64,000 nt of DNA from Abditibacterium sp. Lineage in GTDB: Bacteria; Armatimonadota; Abditibacteriia; Abditibacteriales; Abditibacteriaceae. Shown here piece after piece: positions 30,307-38,973 of the stretch. Every line of letters begins with the position of its first letter. Position 1 is the first letter of the stretch. The translations under genes and the position numbers were made by a program. The notes beneath the pieces were generated by a model. That model did not search any database, was not told the DNA's origin, and worked only from the letters and a program-made list of their open reading frames with translations. The stretch is taken from NCBI GenBank assembly GCA_965199495.1, contig CBDASK010000003.1:2208001-2272000 (forward strand). The letters run 5' to 3'.

Positions 30307-30387
30307 AAGCGATTTTTACGCGTGATTTAACGGGATTCGCGGCAAAATTATCCCGGCAAACTTTGCGAAATCAAAATAATTTCTCTG

Positions 30388-30403
30388 CGGCAACTTCGTT
30401 GCT
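30388..30403 (+). promoter_or_regulatory. Putative sigma54 (-24/-12) promoter of flp copy 1
   Basis: cGGcaacttcgttGCt, GG-N10-GC spacing. Confidence 0.55.
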
Positions 30404-30485
30404 ACATAAAGTTTCGTGGCGGCGAGGAAAGCTGAAATAGCTAACCCAGAGTGACTGCCTCAAAATTTAGGAGAACACAAATACC

Positions 30486-30650
30486 ATGATGAAACAATTT
30501 TTGCAGGAAGAAGAGGGCCAGACCCTCGTTGAATACGGCCTTTTGATCTCGCTCATCGCGCTCGTTGTTATCGCTGTGCTGACGCTGTTGGGCGGCAAAA
30601 TCAAAGGTGTCTTCGGCACCGCGTCGAACTCGATTGTCACCACCACCTAA
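30486..30650 (+). CDS. flp: Flp (type IVc/Tad) pilin, copy 1 (54 aa; not in ORF track)
   Basis: MMKQFLQEEEG^QTLVEYGLLISLIALVVIAVLTLLGGKIKGVFGTASNSIVTTT; SD AGGAG. Confidence 0.93.
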   Translation: MMKQFLQEEEGQTLVEYGLLISLIALVVIAVLTLLGGKIKGVFGTASNSIVTTT

Positions 30651-30672
30651 TTCCGCTTCCCAGCCGAATTGC

Positions 30673-30704
30673 AAAAAGCCGCTCAAAATTCGAGCGGCTT
30701 TTTT
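30673..30704 (+). terminator. Intrinsic terminator after flp copy 1
   Basis: aaaaagccgctc...gagcggc followed by T-run. Confidence 0.85.
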
Positions 30705-30849
30705 GTTTTTGTGGCCATCTTTTTCCTCAACTTTAAAATGTAAAGTTATCCATATTCAACGCATGGCGAGGAAAATTGGCTGTGTTATATTTTCCCCCTA
30801 TGACATTGAATTAACGGCGCCGGAAAGAAATTCGAGAGAATTTTAGATT

Positions 30850-30866
30850 TGGCAGTTTCGATGTTA
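30850..30866 (+). promoter_or_regulatory. Sigma54-like promoter of flp copy 2 (GT at -12)
   Basis: tGGcagtttcgatGTta, homologous to the copy-1 promoter. Confidence 0.4.
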
Positions 30867-30962
30867 GATATTCTTCAGCGAAGCCGAGTTTGAAAGAATT
30901 TGGTGATAGCGCTGGTTTTGAATCTTAGAATAATTTGTAATTGCGGGAGGTGAAAAATTACC

Positions 30963-31127
30963 ATGATGAAACAATTTTTGCAGGAAGAGGAGGGCCAGAC
31001 CCTCGTTGAATACGGCTTGTTGATCTCTTTGATCGCTTTGGTCGTCATCGCCGTTTTGACGCTGTTGGGCGGCAAAATCAAAGGCGTGTTCGGAACCGCG
31101 TCCAACTCGATTGTCACCACCACCTAA
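30963..31127 (+). CDS. flp: Flp pilin, copy 2 (identical protein)
   Basis: Same 54-aa sequence, 15 synonymous codon differences; SD GGAGG. Confidence 0.93.
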   Translation: MMKQFLQEEEGQTLVEYGLLISLIALVVIAVLTLLGGKIKGVFGTASNSIVTTT

Positions 31128-31140
31128 TCGGTTTGACACG

Positions 31141-31180
31141 AAAAAGCGTCCGCTCGAAACATTCGAGCGGACGCTTTTTT
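31141..31180. terminator. Bidirectional intrinsic terminator (flp2/corA)
   Basis: aaaaagcgtccgctcgaa...ttcgagcggacgctttttt. Confidence 0.85.
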
Positions 31181-31202
31181 GTGCCTGTTGACAACCTGCC
31201 GC

Positions 31203-32216
31203 CTATAACCAGCCACGGCGCTTGAAGAAAACCAATAAGCCCACAGCGATAAGCGTCATCGCGCCAAGCGAGCCGTAAAAGCCGTGATTTTTGGGCATAT
31301 CATCGAAGTTCATGCCGTAAATGCCCGCGATTAAAGTCGGCAATAGTAAAATAATCGAATACGAAGTCAGCCGTTTCATCACGGCGTTCATGCGGTTGCT
31401 TTCGATGGCGAGATAAACGTCCAAGGCGCCCGTCAAAACTTCGCGATAAGTATCAATGGTGCCGACGATGCGCGAGACGTGATCGTGCAAATCCTGAAAC
31501 GCCGCCGATTGGCGCCCACCCGCATCTTGGTCGCGGCGCTGCAAAACCGTGACGACATCGCGCGTCGGGTCGGCGATATGGCGCATTTGCAGCAAACCGC
31601 GTTTGAGCGCGAAAATCTCGCTCGACAACGGTTGATCGGTATCTTTGCCCGACGTGGCTTCATAAAGCGTGTCCTCGAATTCGTCAATGCGTTCGTTGAT
31701 GCGCTCCAAAACCGGGAAATAAGCATCCAAAACCGAGTCCATCAATTCGTAGAGCAGATGCCCAGCGCCGCTTTTCATCCAGTCGGGCCGCTTTTCCCAG
31801 CGCACGATCAAGTCCTCGAACGAAGCCACCGGCTGCGGATGAACCGTCACGATCCAATCCGGCCCGACCAGACAATCGATTTCGAGCGTGTCCACTTCCA
31901 AATGCTGATGCTCGTCGTAATCCAATTCGACGGAATGGAAAATGAGGTAAATATAGCCGTTGTAATCGTGGATTTTGGGGCGCCCTTCCTGCGAGCGCAA
32001 ATCTTCCATAATCTGCGGATCGAGCGCGAAACGCTGGGCCAACGCGTCCAATTCGTGCTTGGTCGGCGCCGAAATATCGAGCCACACGAACGATTTGGAT
32101 TTGCCCAACGGCACCCGATTTTTGGTGTCCGAAGTTAAGGCCGTGTCCTGCAAACCCTGCTCATCTAATTTTTGTAACGTATTATCGGTCGCGTTGTAAT
32201 GAAAAGCTCTCAGCAC
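31203..32216 (-). CDS. corA: CorA Mg2+/Co2+ transporter
   Basis: WLDI..P and PTLIAGIYGMNF motifs; two C-terminal TMs. Confidence 0.93.
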   Translation of the reverse strand: MLRAFHYNATDNTLQKLDEQGLQDTALTSDTKNRVPLGKSKSFVWLDISAPTKHELDALAQRFALDPQIMEDLRSQEGRPKIHDYNGYIYLIFHSVELDYDEHQHLEVDTLEIDCLVGPDWIVTVHPQPVASFEDLIVRWEKRPDWMKSGAGHLLYELMDSVLDAYFPVLERINERIDEFEDTLYEATSGKDTDQPLSSEIFALKRGLLQMRHIADPTRDVVTVLQRRDQDAGGRQSAAFQDLHDHVSRIVGTIDTYREVLTGALDVYLAIESNRMNAVMKRLTSYSIILLLPTLIAGIYGMNFDDMPKNHGFYGSLGAMTLIAVGLLVFFKRRGWL

Positions 32217-32285
32217 GGGAAGATATTTTAACGCGTTACCAACGCCAAAAATTTAAAATTGTTGGGCGCAAAGTTCTGGCGAACT

Positions 32286-32312
32286 GAACTTCTTATAACT
32301 CTCTGCGTCTAT
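32286..32312 (+). promoter_or_regulatory. Putative ECF-type promoter of nadA
   Basis: GAACTT-cttataactctctg-CGTC-tat. Confidence 0.5.
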
Positions 32313-32315
32313 ACC

Positions 32316-32333
32316 TTGTGAAAAAGTTCACAA
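32316..32333. promoter_or_regulatory. Rex (NADH/NAD+ sensor) operator
   Basis: TTGTGAA-aaag-TTCACAA, an exact match to the Rex consensus, upstream of nadA. Confidence 0.8.
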
Positions 32334-32415
32334 AGTGATAAATTGTGGACGGGAATTGGACAGAACGTTTCATTAGGAACTTTCATTCCCATTTTCAATA
32401 GCGAGGTTTTCATCC

Positions 32416-33669
32416 ATGACAACAACAGCACAGGGCGAGTACGCTCCTACTTTACAGAAAGTCCGGTTGGCCGAGAAGGTCTTTAACGCGCCGGGCGGCG
32501 GTTGGATTGGGCACATTACGATGAGCAGTGGCGCGCAGTTGCAGGCGCCGCTCCCCGCCAAATATACCAAGATGTCGCCCGAAGAGATCGCCGAAAAAAT
32601 CGCCATCGCGCGCGAAAAATTGGGCGACAAACTGGTGATCCTGGGCCATCATTACCAGCGCGAAGAAGTCATTCGCTGGGCCGATTTGCGCGGCGACAGC
32701 TATAAGCTGTGCGTGGACGCGGCGGCGCGTCCCAACGCGGAGTGGCTGATCTTTTGTGGCGTTCATTTTATGGCCGAAAGCGCCGATATTTTGAGCGCGC
32801 CGCACCAAAAAGTGATTTTGCCCGACCTGCACGCCGGTTGCTCGATGGCCGACATGGCCGATATTGACCAGGTCGAAGAAGCGTGGGACGCGCTGACGCA
32901 GGCGTGCGAAGGCCAGAAAATTATCCCGATTACCTACATGAACAGCGCGGCCAATCTCAAGGCGTTCGTGGGGCGTAATGGCGGCGCGGTTTGCACTTCG
33001 GGCAACGCGCAGAAAATCATGGATTGGGCTTTGACGCCCGAAAAAGACGGCGGCGCGGGCGGCACCAAACTGTTGTTTTTTCCCGATCAACATCTGGGCC
33101 GCAACACCGCCGTTTTGGAGATGGGTTTCGCGCTCGACGATTGTCTGGTGTGGGATCCGAATCAGGACATGGGCGGCTTGAGCGAAGACGCGTTGCGGCG
33201 CGCGCCGATTCTGTTGTGGAAAGGCCATTGCAGCGTTCACGGCACGTTTCTGCCGATTCACGTTGACAATATGCGCAAGGCCCATCCCGGCGTGCATATT
33301 GTGGTGCATCCCGAATGCACTTACGATGTCGTGGTCAAAGCCGACAGTTATGGTTCGACCGAGAAAATTCGCAAGATTATTGAGGCGGGCAAAGCGGGCG
33401 ATGTGTTCGCGGTTGGAACCGAGATTAATCTGGTTTCGCGTCTGGCCGAGGAGTATCCCGACCGCACGGTTTTGAGCCTCAATCCCAATGTTTGCGTCTG
33501 CTCGACGATGTATCGCATTGATGGCCCGCATATGTTGTGGGTGATGGATAACCTGCTTGAAGGCCGTGTCGTCAACCAAATCGTGGTGCCCGAAGACATC
33601 GCGCGCGAAGCAAAGTTGGCGTTGCAACGCATGATGGATATTCACGAGCATGGCGTAACCGACGTTTAA
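32416..33669 (+). CDS. nadA: Quinolinate synthase
   Basis: LGHHYQ, FCGVHFMAE, AGCSMAD, YMNS, CTS, GHCSVH, HPEC and C.C.TM motifs. Confidence 0.96.
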   Translation: MTTTAQGEYAPTLQKVRLAEKVFNAPGGGWIGHITMSSGAQLQAPLPAKYTKMSPEEIAEKIAIAREKLGDKLVILGHHYQREEVIRWADLRGDSYKLCVDAAARPNAEWLIFCGVHFMAESADILSAPHQKVILPDLHAGCSMADMADIDQVEEAWDALTQACEGQKIIPITYMNSAANLKAFVGRNGGAVCTSGNAQKIMDWALTPEKDGGAGGTKLLFFPDQHLGRNTAVLEMGFALDDCLVWDPNQDMGGLSEDALRRAPILLWKGHCSVHGTFLPIHVDNMRKAHPGVHIVVHPECTYDVVVKADSYGSTEKIRKIIEAGKAGDVFAVGTEINLVSRLAEEYPDRTVLSLNPNVCVCSTMYRIDGPHMLWVMDNLLEGRVVNQIVVPEDIAREAKLALQRMMDIHEHGVTDV

Positions 33670-33683
33670 AAATCGGAATATCG

Positions 33684-33722
33684 AAAAGGCGCGCGCAACT
33701 GATTTTGCGCGCGCCTTTTTTT
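33684..33722 (+). terminator. Intrinsic terminator after nadA
   Basis: aaaaggcgcgcgcaa...ttgcgcgcgcc followed by T-run. Confidence 0.85.
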
Positions 33723-33947
33723 CGGATTTGAAATATTCAATCGCGTGAAATAGCTGTATTACGATTCGGCGGAACTCTAAAACATTCTGGCGCGTCCTTC
33801 AATTGAGTTAAGAAAAGAAAAGTAGTGCGTCTAATCTTTGGTTCTTGCTTCCTTATAGCGGAAGTCGAAAACAGGCGAATCGAAGAAGCGCTTTTGGGAA
33901 CCTTGAGGCGCGTTTCTGCTTCTTTTCTGCTGGTTAATAGGTTGTTT

Positions 33948-34559
33948 ATGAAGCCCGATTGTTCACAAGTTCTCACGCAATTTGCGTCGTTTAGCGTCGA
34001 AGAGTTATCCGACTCTGAGGCGGCCTTACTGCTTCACCATCTCGAAGAGTGCGAGCCGTGCAAGGGCCAGTGGTTGCTCTTTGAAAAGACTTTGACCGTT
34101 GTCACGCAAAGCGGCCCGCGCGATGAGGATGTCGAGCAGGTGCGCTCTCAGCAGATGTGGCTGGTTTGCATGGAACACGCGCGCCAGAACCTCACTAAAA
34201 AACATTCGTTGACCGCCGCGCACAACTGCAAAGCCATTGCGGGAAAATCGGGCGTGCGCGCCGACGAAAACTCGGAAAATTCGTCCGCTTTAACAACGTC
34301 GCGCGTGAGCCTGACAATTGTGGGTGGCGCGCTTTTGATGCTGGCTTCGTCGCCGTGGCTGGCTCCGCGTCCCGCCGCCGCTCAGGACATCGTGACGCCC
34401 GCGAAACTACAAGTCGTCGCCGTCAAGACGACGGCTCTCACGGTTAAACCCTTGGTAGATTACGGCGCGACGTTGGGTTTTAAATCTTTATCAGCCACGG
34501 CGCCGATGTCCGCGAAAGTGAAATATTCGGGCGCGACGGCTAAATTTGGATTTCGCTAA
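33948..34559 (+). CDS. Putative zinc-finger (zf-HC2) membrane anti-sigma factor
   Basis: N-terminal MKPDC...ELS......HLEECEPC (HxxxCxxC); one TM segment; ECF-like promoter at 33772-33796. Confidence 0.65.
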   Translation: MKPDCSQVLTQFASFSVEELSDSEAALLLHHLEECEPCKGQWLLFEKTLTVVTQSGPRDEDVEQVRSQQMWLVCMEHARQNLTKKHSLTAAHNCKAIAGKSGVRADENSENSSALTTSRVSLTIVGGALLMLASSPWLAPRPAAAQDIVTPAKLQVVAVKTTALTVKPLVDYGATLGFKSLSATAPMSAKVKYSGATAKFGFR

Positions 34560-34573
34560 AAATTAGGCAATTG

Positions 34574-34611
34574 AAAAGCGAGCGAACTTGTTTAGGTTCG
34601 CTCGCTTTTTT
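34574..34611. terminator. Bidirectional terminator
   Basis: aaaagcgagcgaac...gttcgctcgctttttt between convergent genes. Confidence 0.85.
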
Positions 34612-34622
34612 GTTTGATGATT

Positions 34623-36014
34623 TTACGGTCGCTTGTCGCCTGCGGCCAGACGTTTGAGCGCCGCAGTCACGTTCATCATGGAACGGCCTTCGTGATAGCT
34701 TTCCGTCCAACGGTCGCTTTTGACCTGCGCGTCTGGCGGCGGCGAGCCGTCGGGGTTGACATAGGAGAACCAGCCGCCATTGACTGGATCAATTTGGTAT
34801 TGGCGAATGAAATTCCACTGTTTCACGAACGCCAGCCAATAGCGTGGATCGGCGTTGCGGCCCGTGCCGTAAAGCTCGTGCATCAACAGCAAGGCGTTGA
34901 GCGCTTCGGCCTGCGTCCACCAGACTTTATCGGGCTTGACGATGCCACCAAAAACGCCGCCCGCATCAGCCACGCCGCCGATGGTTTGGTCGAAGGCCAC
35001 ATCGAGCGTATGATCAACCAATGCGCGCGCCGCGCGCTTGGTTTTGACATCGCCCCCGCGTCCCAAAATGTGCGCGGCCTCGGTCAAAAGATAGGCGGTT
35101 TCGATGTCGTGGCCATAAGAATCTTCGGCGGGCACGGCGCGCCAATCGGGCGTGAAATATTGATTGAGCGCGCCCGGCTCAACGTAAATTACATCGCGCA
35201 CCAACTCGAATAATTCGTTCAAGCGATTTTTGAGTTGCGGTTCGGGCCAGACTTCGTAGAGCGCGCCGTAGGCTTCGAGCAGATGAATATGCGTATTCAT
35301 GCTTTTGTAGCCGTAGCGCGTGCCGATGAAATCCGATTCTTGATCGTCCGAAACTGGCGCTAAAATCGGCGTGCCATCGCGTTTTAACGCCTCGAAGTAA
35401 CCTTTGTTTTTGTTATCGTGCGCGTGCTTTTCGAGCCAGAAGAAATCTTGCTGCGCCAAACGCAGCGCGTCGGGGTTTTTGGTGGCCTTATAAGCCGCGC
35501 TCAGCGCGTAAATAGCGAAGGCGTTGCCGTAAACGTGCTTCTCGCCATTGCGGTCGGCGACGCCTTTATCCACTTGCCAATAAAAGCCGCCGTTTTGCGC
35601 GTCCCACATCTCGCGGCTCAACTCGGCCACGCCGTGGCTGGCATAATTGCGGTAAATAAATTCTTCGGAAGGCAAGCGCAGCGCGGCCTGCGCCGCCGTC
35701 CACGTCAGGCGCGATTGATAGACGATGGAGCGTTCCGTTCCCGGCAGTTTCGTCCAATCATAAGCGAAGTTTTGGTCGAAACCGCCCTGCTGGAGATTGA
35801 CGGCGGCGGGAAACCATTTTGCCAAAATCTGCGTTTGCAAATTATCCTGCGTCTGTTTGGCGATGGCGTTATATTCAATGGCCGTCGGCGGAAAATACGA
35901 TTTGACGGTATTAGCCGCCACGGCGGCAGTATTGGGCGGTGCGTTTTGCGCCAATGCAATGGTTGGCAAAACGAGCGTCGCAAGAAAAGCGGCAAGCCGC
36001 AATGAATGTTTCAT
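34623..36014 (-). CDS. AGE-family cellobiose/mannobiose 2-epimerase with signal peptide
   Basis: EKHVYGNAFAIY, KSMNTHIHLLEAY, SYGHDIE, KVWWTQAE and YHEGR motifs; N-terminal MKHSLRLAAFLATLVLPTIALA. Confidence 0.88.
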   Translation of the reverse strand: MKHSLRLAAFLATLVLPTIALAQNAPPNTAAVAANTVKSYFPPTAIEYNAIAKQTQDNLQTQILAKWFPAAVNLQQGGFDQNFAYDWTKLPGTERSIVYQSRLTWTAAQAALRLPSEEFIYRNYASHGVAELSREMWDAQNGGFYWQVDKGVADRNGEKHVYGNAFAIYALSAAYKATKNPDALRLAQQDFFWLEKHAHDNKNKGYFEALKRDGTPILAPVSDDQESDFIGTRYGYKSMNTHIHLLEAYGALYEVWPEPQLKNRLNELFELVRDVIYVEPGALNQYFTPDWRAVPAEDSYGHDIETAYLLTEAAHILGRGGDVKTKRAARALVDHTLDVAFDQTIGGVADAGGVFGGIVKPDKVWWTQAEALNALLLMHELYGTGRNADPRYWLAFVKQWNFIRQYQIDPVNGGWFSYVNPDGSPPPDAQVKSDRWTESYHEGRSMMNVTAALKRLAAGDKRP

Positions 36015-36058
36015 ATTTTTTGTGGTATCGCTCACACTCTTCATTAGAAGATGTTGAC

Positions 36059-37552
36059 TTACCCACTAATGCCCGCCGGCAAATCCGATTTATTCAGCAC
36101 GTCGGGCGCGTTGTAAAGCGCTTTGACTTTGGCATCCGATTTCATTTTCTGCGGCCCTTGCGCGCCCGACCACGAAACGAAATACGACCAACGCACGCCG
36201 AATTGTGTCATCTTTTCGATGTCGGGCACGCCACCGACTTCGTTTAACGCGATGAGCTTTTTGCCGCCGTGCTTTTCGTTGAGCATCTCCCATGTCGCAC
36301 TCAGCGGATCGGAAAGATCGCTGGGATATTCGTCGGCGCCCACGACATCCACGACATCGTCGCCGGGATACCAATCGTCTTTGCCTTCGGTCGTGTAAAC
36401 CCAGATAAGGTTGTGCAGATTGTGCTTGACCGTGAGCCGATTATACAGGATGCGCCACAACTTTTTCGAGGCTTCCGGCCCTTTGGCGCCCCACCAAAAC
36501 CAACCGCCTTCGGCTTCGTGGAGCGGGCGCCACAACACGGGAATGCCCGCGTCATCGAACTTTTTCAGTTGAACCGCAATCGCGTCAATGTCGCGCATCA
36601 ACAATTTGTAATCGTCGCCATCGGGATTATCGAGCGCCGCCTGCAAATCGAAAGTCGTGGCGCGCGTATAAAAACCGCTCCACCACAGCGCCTGAACTTC
36701 TTCGCCGTTTTTGTCTTTGTAGTTTTTATCGATCAAGTGCGACGGCGCGTTCCAGTGCCACGACAGCGTGACGATTTGGCCGTTTTGCGCGCGCTTAATA
36801 TACGATTCGCTGGTGCCTTCGGGCTGGGTGCCGTGTTCGAGGCGCGAGGGCGAATAATCTATCAAATCGCCGCCGAAAATCGCGGGTGTAACGCCGAATT
36901 TCTGAGTCAGATCATCGTTGTCGGCTTTTTCATATTGGCCCGACAGCGTTTTCTCTCCGTATTGGCCCACCAAATATTTCATCAACGCGCGCGCGGCGGG
37001 CGTGGCTTTGGCGTTGGTCAACGTCGCGGGCGGCTTGGCCAGAGCAGCCACGCCGGTAGCGGCCACGAAATCGAGCGCGTCAACCTCGTAATAACCCCAA
37101 CCTTTATTGATGGCGATTTGGTTGTCGCCCGCTTTGAGTGCAATTTTGCCCAGCGAAGTCGTGGCAAAAACGTCTTCTGTTTGGGGCAATTTGCCCGCAG
37201 TCTTGACGCCGTTGATGACGAGTTCGGTGCCCTTGTCGCCGCTGGGCGAGCTATAACGCACGCGCGCTTCATAGATTCCGGCTTTGGTGACGGGCAAAGT
37301 CCATTGGATATGGTCGCCATCTTTGGTGAAACCCGAAACGTAACCTGTGCCCGAAAACCCCGCGCGTTTGGTTTCGATTTGCGCACCCATCAGTTGGGCG
37401 TCTTCGGCTTCGAGATGAAGTTTGTCTCCGGTGGACTGTGGCGCCGTGGCTGCATCGGCGACGGCTGCATCGGCGGCGTGTGCTTGTGTGGCGCAACCGC
37501 CGTACGCGACCAGGGTAGAAAGAAAAGCGGCAAGGCGCAGAGTGTGATTCAT
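36059..37552 (-). CDS. GH26 beta-mannanase with CBM35-like module
   Basis: LEAED..GFSGTGYV CBM segment; WHWNAP, WRPLHEAEGGWFWWG, WYPGDD.VD and ALNEVG motifs. Confidence 0.92.
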   Translation of the reverse strand: MNHTLRLAAFLSTLVAYGGCATQAHAADAAVADAATAPQSTGDKLHLEAEDAQLMGAQIETKRAGFSGTGYVSGFTKDGDHIQWTLPVTKAGIYEARVRYSSPSGDKGTELVINGVKTAGKLPQTEDVFATTSLGKIALKAGDNQIAINKGWGYYEVDALDFVAATGVAALAKPPATLTNAKATPAARALMKYLVGQYGEKTLSGQYEKADNDDLTQKFGVTPAIFGGDLIDYSPSRLEHGTQPEGTSESYIKRAQNGQIVTLSWHWNAPSHLIDKNYKDKNGEEVQALWWSGFYTRATTFDLQAALDNPDGDDYKLLMRDIDAIAVQLKKFDDAGIPVLWRPLHEAEGGWFWWGAKGPEASKKLWRILYNRLTVKHNLHNLIWVYTTEGKDDWYPGDDVVDVVGADEYPSDLSDPLSATWEMLNEKHGGKKLIALNEVGGVPDIEKMTQFGVRWSYFVSWSGAQGPQKMKSDAKVKALYNAPDVLNKSDLPAGISG

Positions 37553-37569
37553 GGAAGAATTGGGAAAAG

Positions 37570-37600
37570 AAAAAGGCCGCTAATTGCTTAGCGGCCTTTT
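37570..37600 (-). terminator. Intra-locus hairpin/terminator between lipoprotein and GH26
   Basis: aaaaggccgctaa-ttgc-ttagcggcctttt. Confidence 0.75.
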
Positions 37601-37698
37601 GAATTGAAATTTAACTACTTTGGAAGGTGTTTAAATTTTCAACTCGCCAGAGTGAACAGGGAGAAGGAGTGAGCCAACGTTTGCACTCCCAAGCAGTT

Positions 37699-37962
37699 TT
37701 ATTGTTCTGCTTTAGCGTGCTGTTGAGCGACCGCTGCTGCTCCCTGTTGCGCCGCTTGTGCGCGCGCTTGTTCTGAAGCTGCGCTTTCGGCGGCGCCTTT
37801 GGCAGAGGCAGCCGCAGCCGTTGCAGGATCAACAGCCACATTGGCTACAGTATTTTCGTTGGATTTGCTGCAACCACTCAGAGCGCTGACGCTCGTCAAA
37901 ATTGCAGCTAACGCAAGGTAGTAAAGTGAAGACTTTATGGAACGAAAAACGTTGTTTTGCAT
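37699..37962 (-). CDS. Small Ala/Gln-rich lipoprotein (87 aa)
   Basis: Hydrophobic stretch ending in lipobox LSGC; starts 7 bp after the DUF1559 stop. Confidence 0.75.
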   Translation of the reverse strand: MQNNVFRSIKSSLYYLALAAILTSVSALSGCSKSNENTVANVAVDPATAAAASAKGAAESAASEQARAQAAQQGAAAVAQQHAKAEQ

Positions 37963-37969
37963 GGATGGT

Positions 37970-38785
37970 TTAATAATCGTAGAGTCTGAACGTGGGAGAC
38001 TGTCCCGAAACATCGAACGGGGTGCCAGCTCCATAAATCTGAGTGACCTTCTGGAATTTGACGTGTCCGTCGGCAAACAAGTAATTCGCCCCATCCAAAT
38101 GGCGTTTGGCAGCTCCATCGCGGTCAACCGTGTTCAAATCCTGACAACCGTAACGGCCATCAGCGCTACCGCCGATGATGCCATAGCAGTAAGCACCATC
38201 CTGTCCCGTGTCGTTGGTGTAATTAGCCGTCAAGGCATAACGCTGCTGACCCTTGAATCGCCCATCTTCAATCGGGGTCGTCGGGTTTTGATCTCCGCAC
38301 ATGATACCGATAGATGGACTTTGCAATCTGGCCAGTTTTGCCCCGGTAAAACCTCCGCCGGGAGGATTGGCGATCAGGCCACTGATGAAGTAGTCGGTGA
38401 CATCCGAAACTCCGGCTGAACCGCCGGGGTTATACGCGTCGTAGGGAGTAGCGCCCGATGTCTGCTCACTCGGACACTGAAAGATTTGGTAGCTCTTGAT
38501 ATACGGATTGATGATTTGCACCCAACCAGAGTAGGGCGGCCCGCCATGAGCGACTTGAGGATAAGTCTCATCGTAATCCTGCACATATTGCAGGATGCCG
38601 ATACCGATCTGCTTGAGGTTGCTCTGGCACGACGAGCGACGCGCGTTTTCGCGCGCGCGGGCGAAAACAGGGAACAGAATCGACGCGAGGATCGCGATGA
38701 TGGCGATAACCACGAGAAGCTCGATCAAAGTGAAGGCTGAGCGCGTTTTTGACTGTTGCAGTCCGTTTGCTTTGGTTGAAGACAT
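37970..38785 (-). CDS. DUF1559 prepilin-type N-terminal methylation / H-X9-DG domain protein
   Basis: [46 protein letters not shown]-terminal [16 protein letters not shown]. Confidence 0.93.
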   Translation of the reverse strand: MSSTKANGLQQSKTRSAFTLIELLVVIAIIAILASILFPVFARARENARRSSCQSNLKQIGIGILQYVQDYDETYPQVAHGGPPYSGWVQIINPYIKSYQIFQCPSEQTSGATPYDAYNPGGSAGVSDVTDYFISGLIANPPGGGFTGAKLARLQSPSIGIMCGDQNPTTPIEDGRFKGQQRYALTANYTNDTGQDGAYCYGIIGGSADGRYGCQDLNTVDRDGAAKRHLDGANYLFADGHVKFQKVTQIYGAGTPFDVSGQSPTFRLYDY

Positions 38786-38892
38786 AATTTTCTCCGGGCG
38801 CTGAATGCGCCTCAAGTGAAGTTGATGCCATTGGCATCGGTCGGTGGCTCGTGTGAGGAGCGCATCAAGATGGGAAATTTAGCTATCGTTTT

Positions 38893-38948
38893 TGCTAAAT
38901 CCATTTAGCATGGATATGATTATACCCATTTTCGTCAAGTTTCAAACA
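38893..38948 (-). promoter_or_regulatory. LacI-type operator plus extended -10 promoter of the DUF1559 gene
   Basis: TGCTAAATCCATTTAGCA at 38893-38910; TGGGTATAAT on minus strand; near-identical module at 40064-40118. Confidence 0.75.
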
Positions 38949-38973
38949 TTTTAAAGGGGAATTTTTTGAAACT

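Noticed and set aside
30340..30380. c-di-GMP-I riboswitch before flp (ggcaaactttgcgaaa)
   Set aside because: Lacks the following GACGCAAAG and second stem, and lies upstream of the predicted promoter
30441..31139. Minus-strand ORFs over the flp genes
   Set aside because: Antisense shadows; the plus-strand pilins have SD sites, the G^xxxxEY motif and only synonymous divergence
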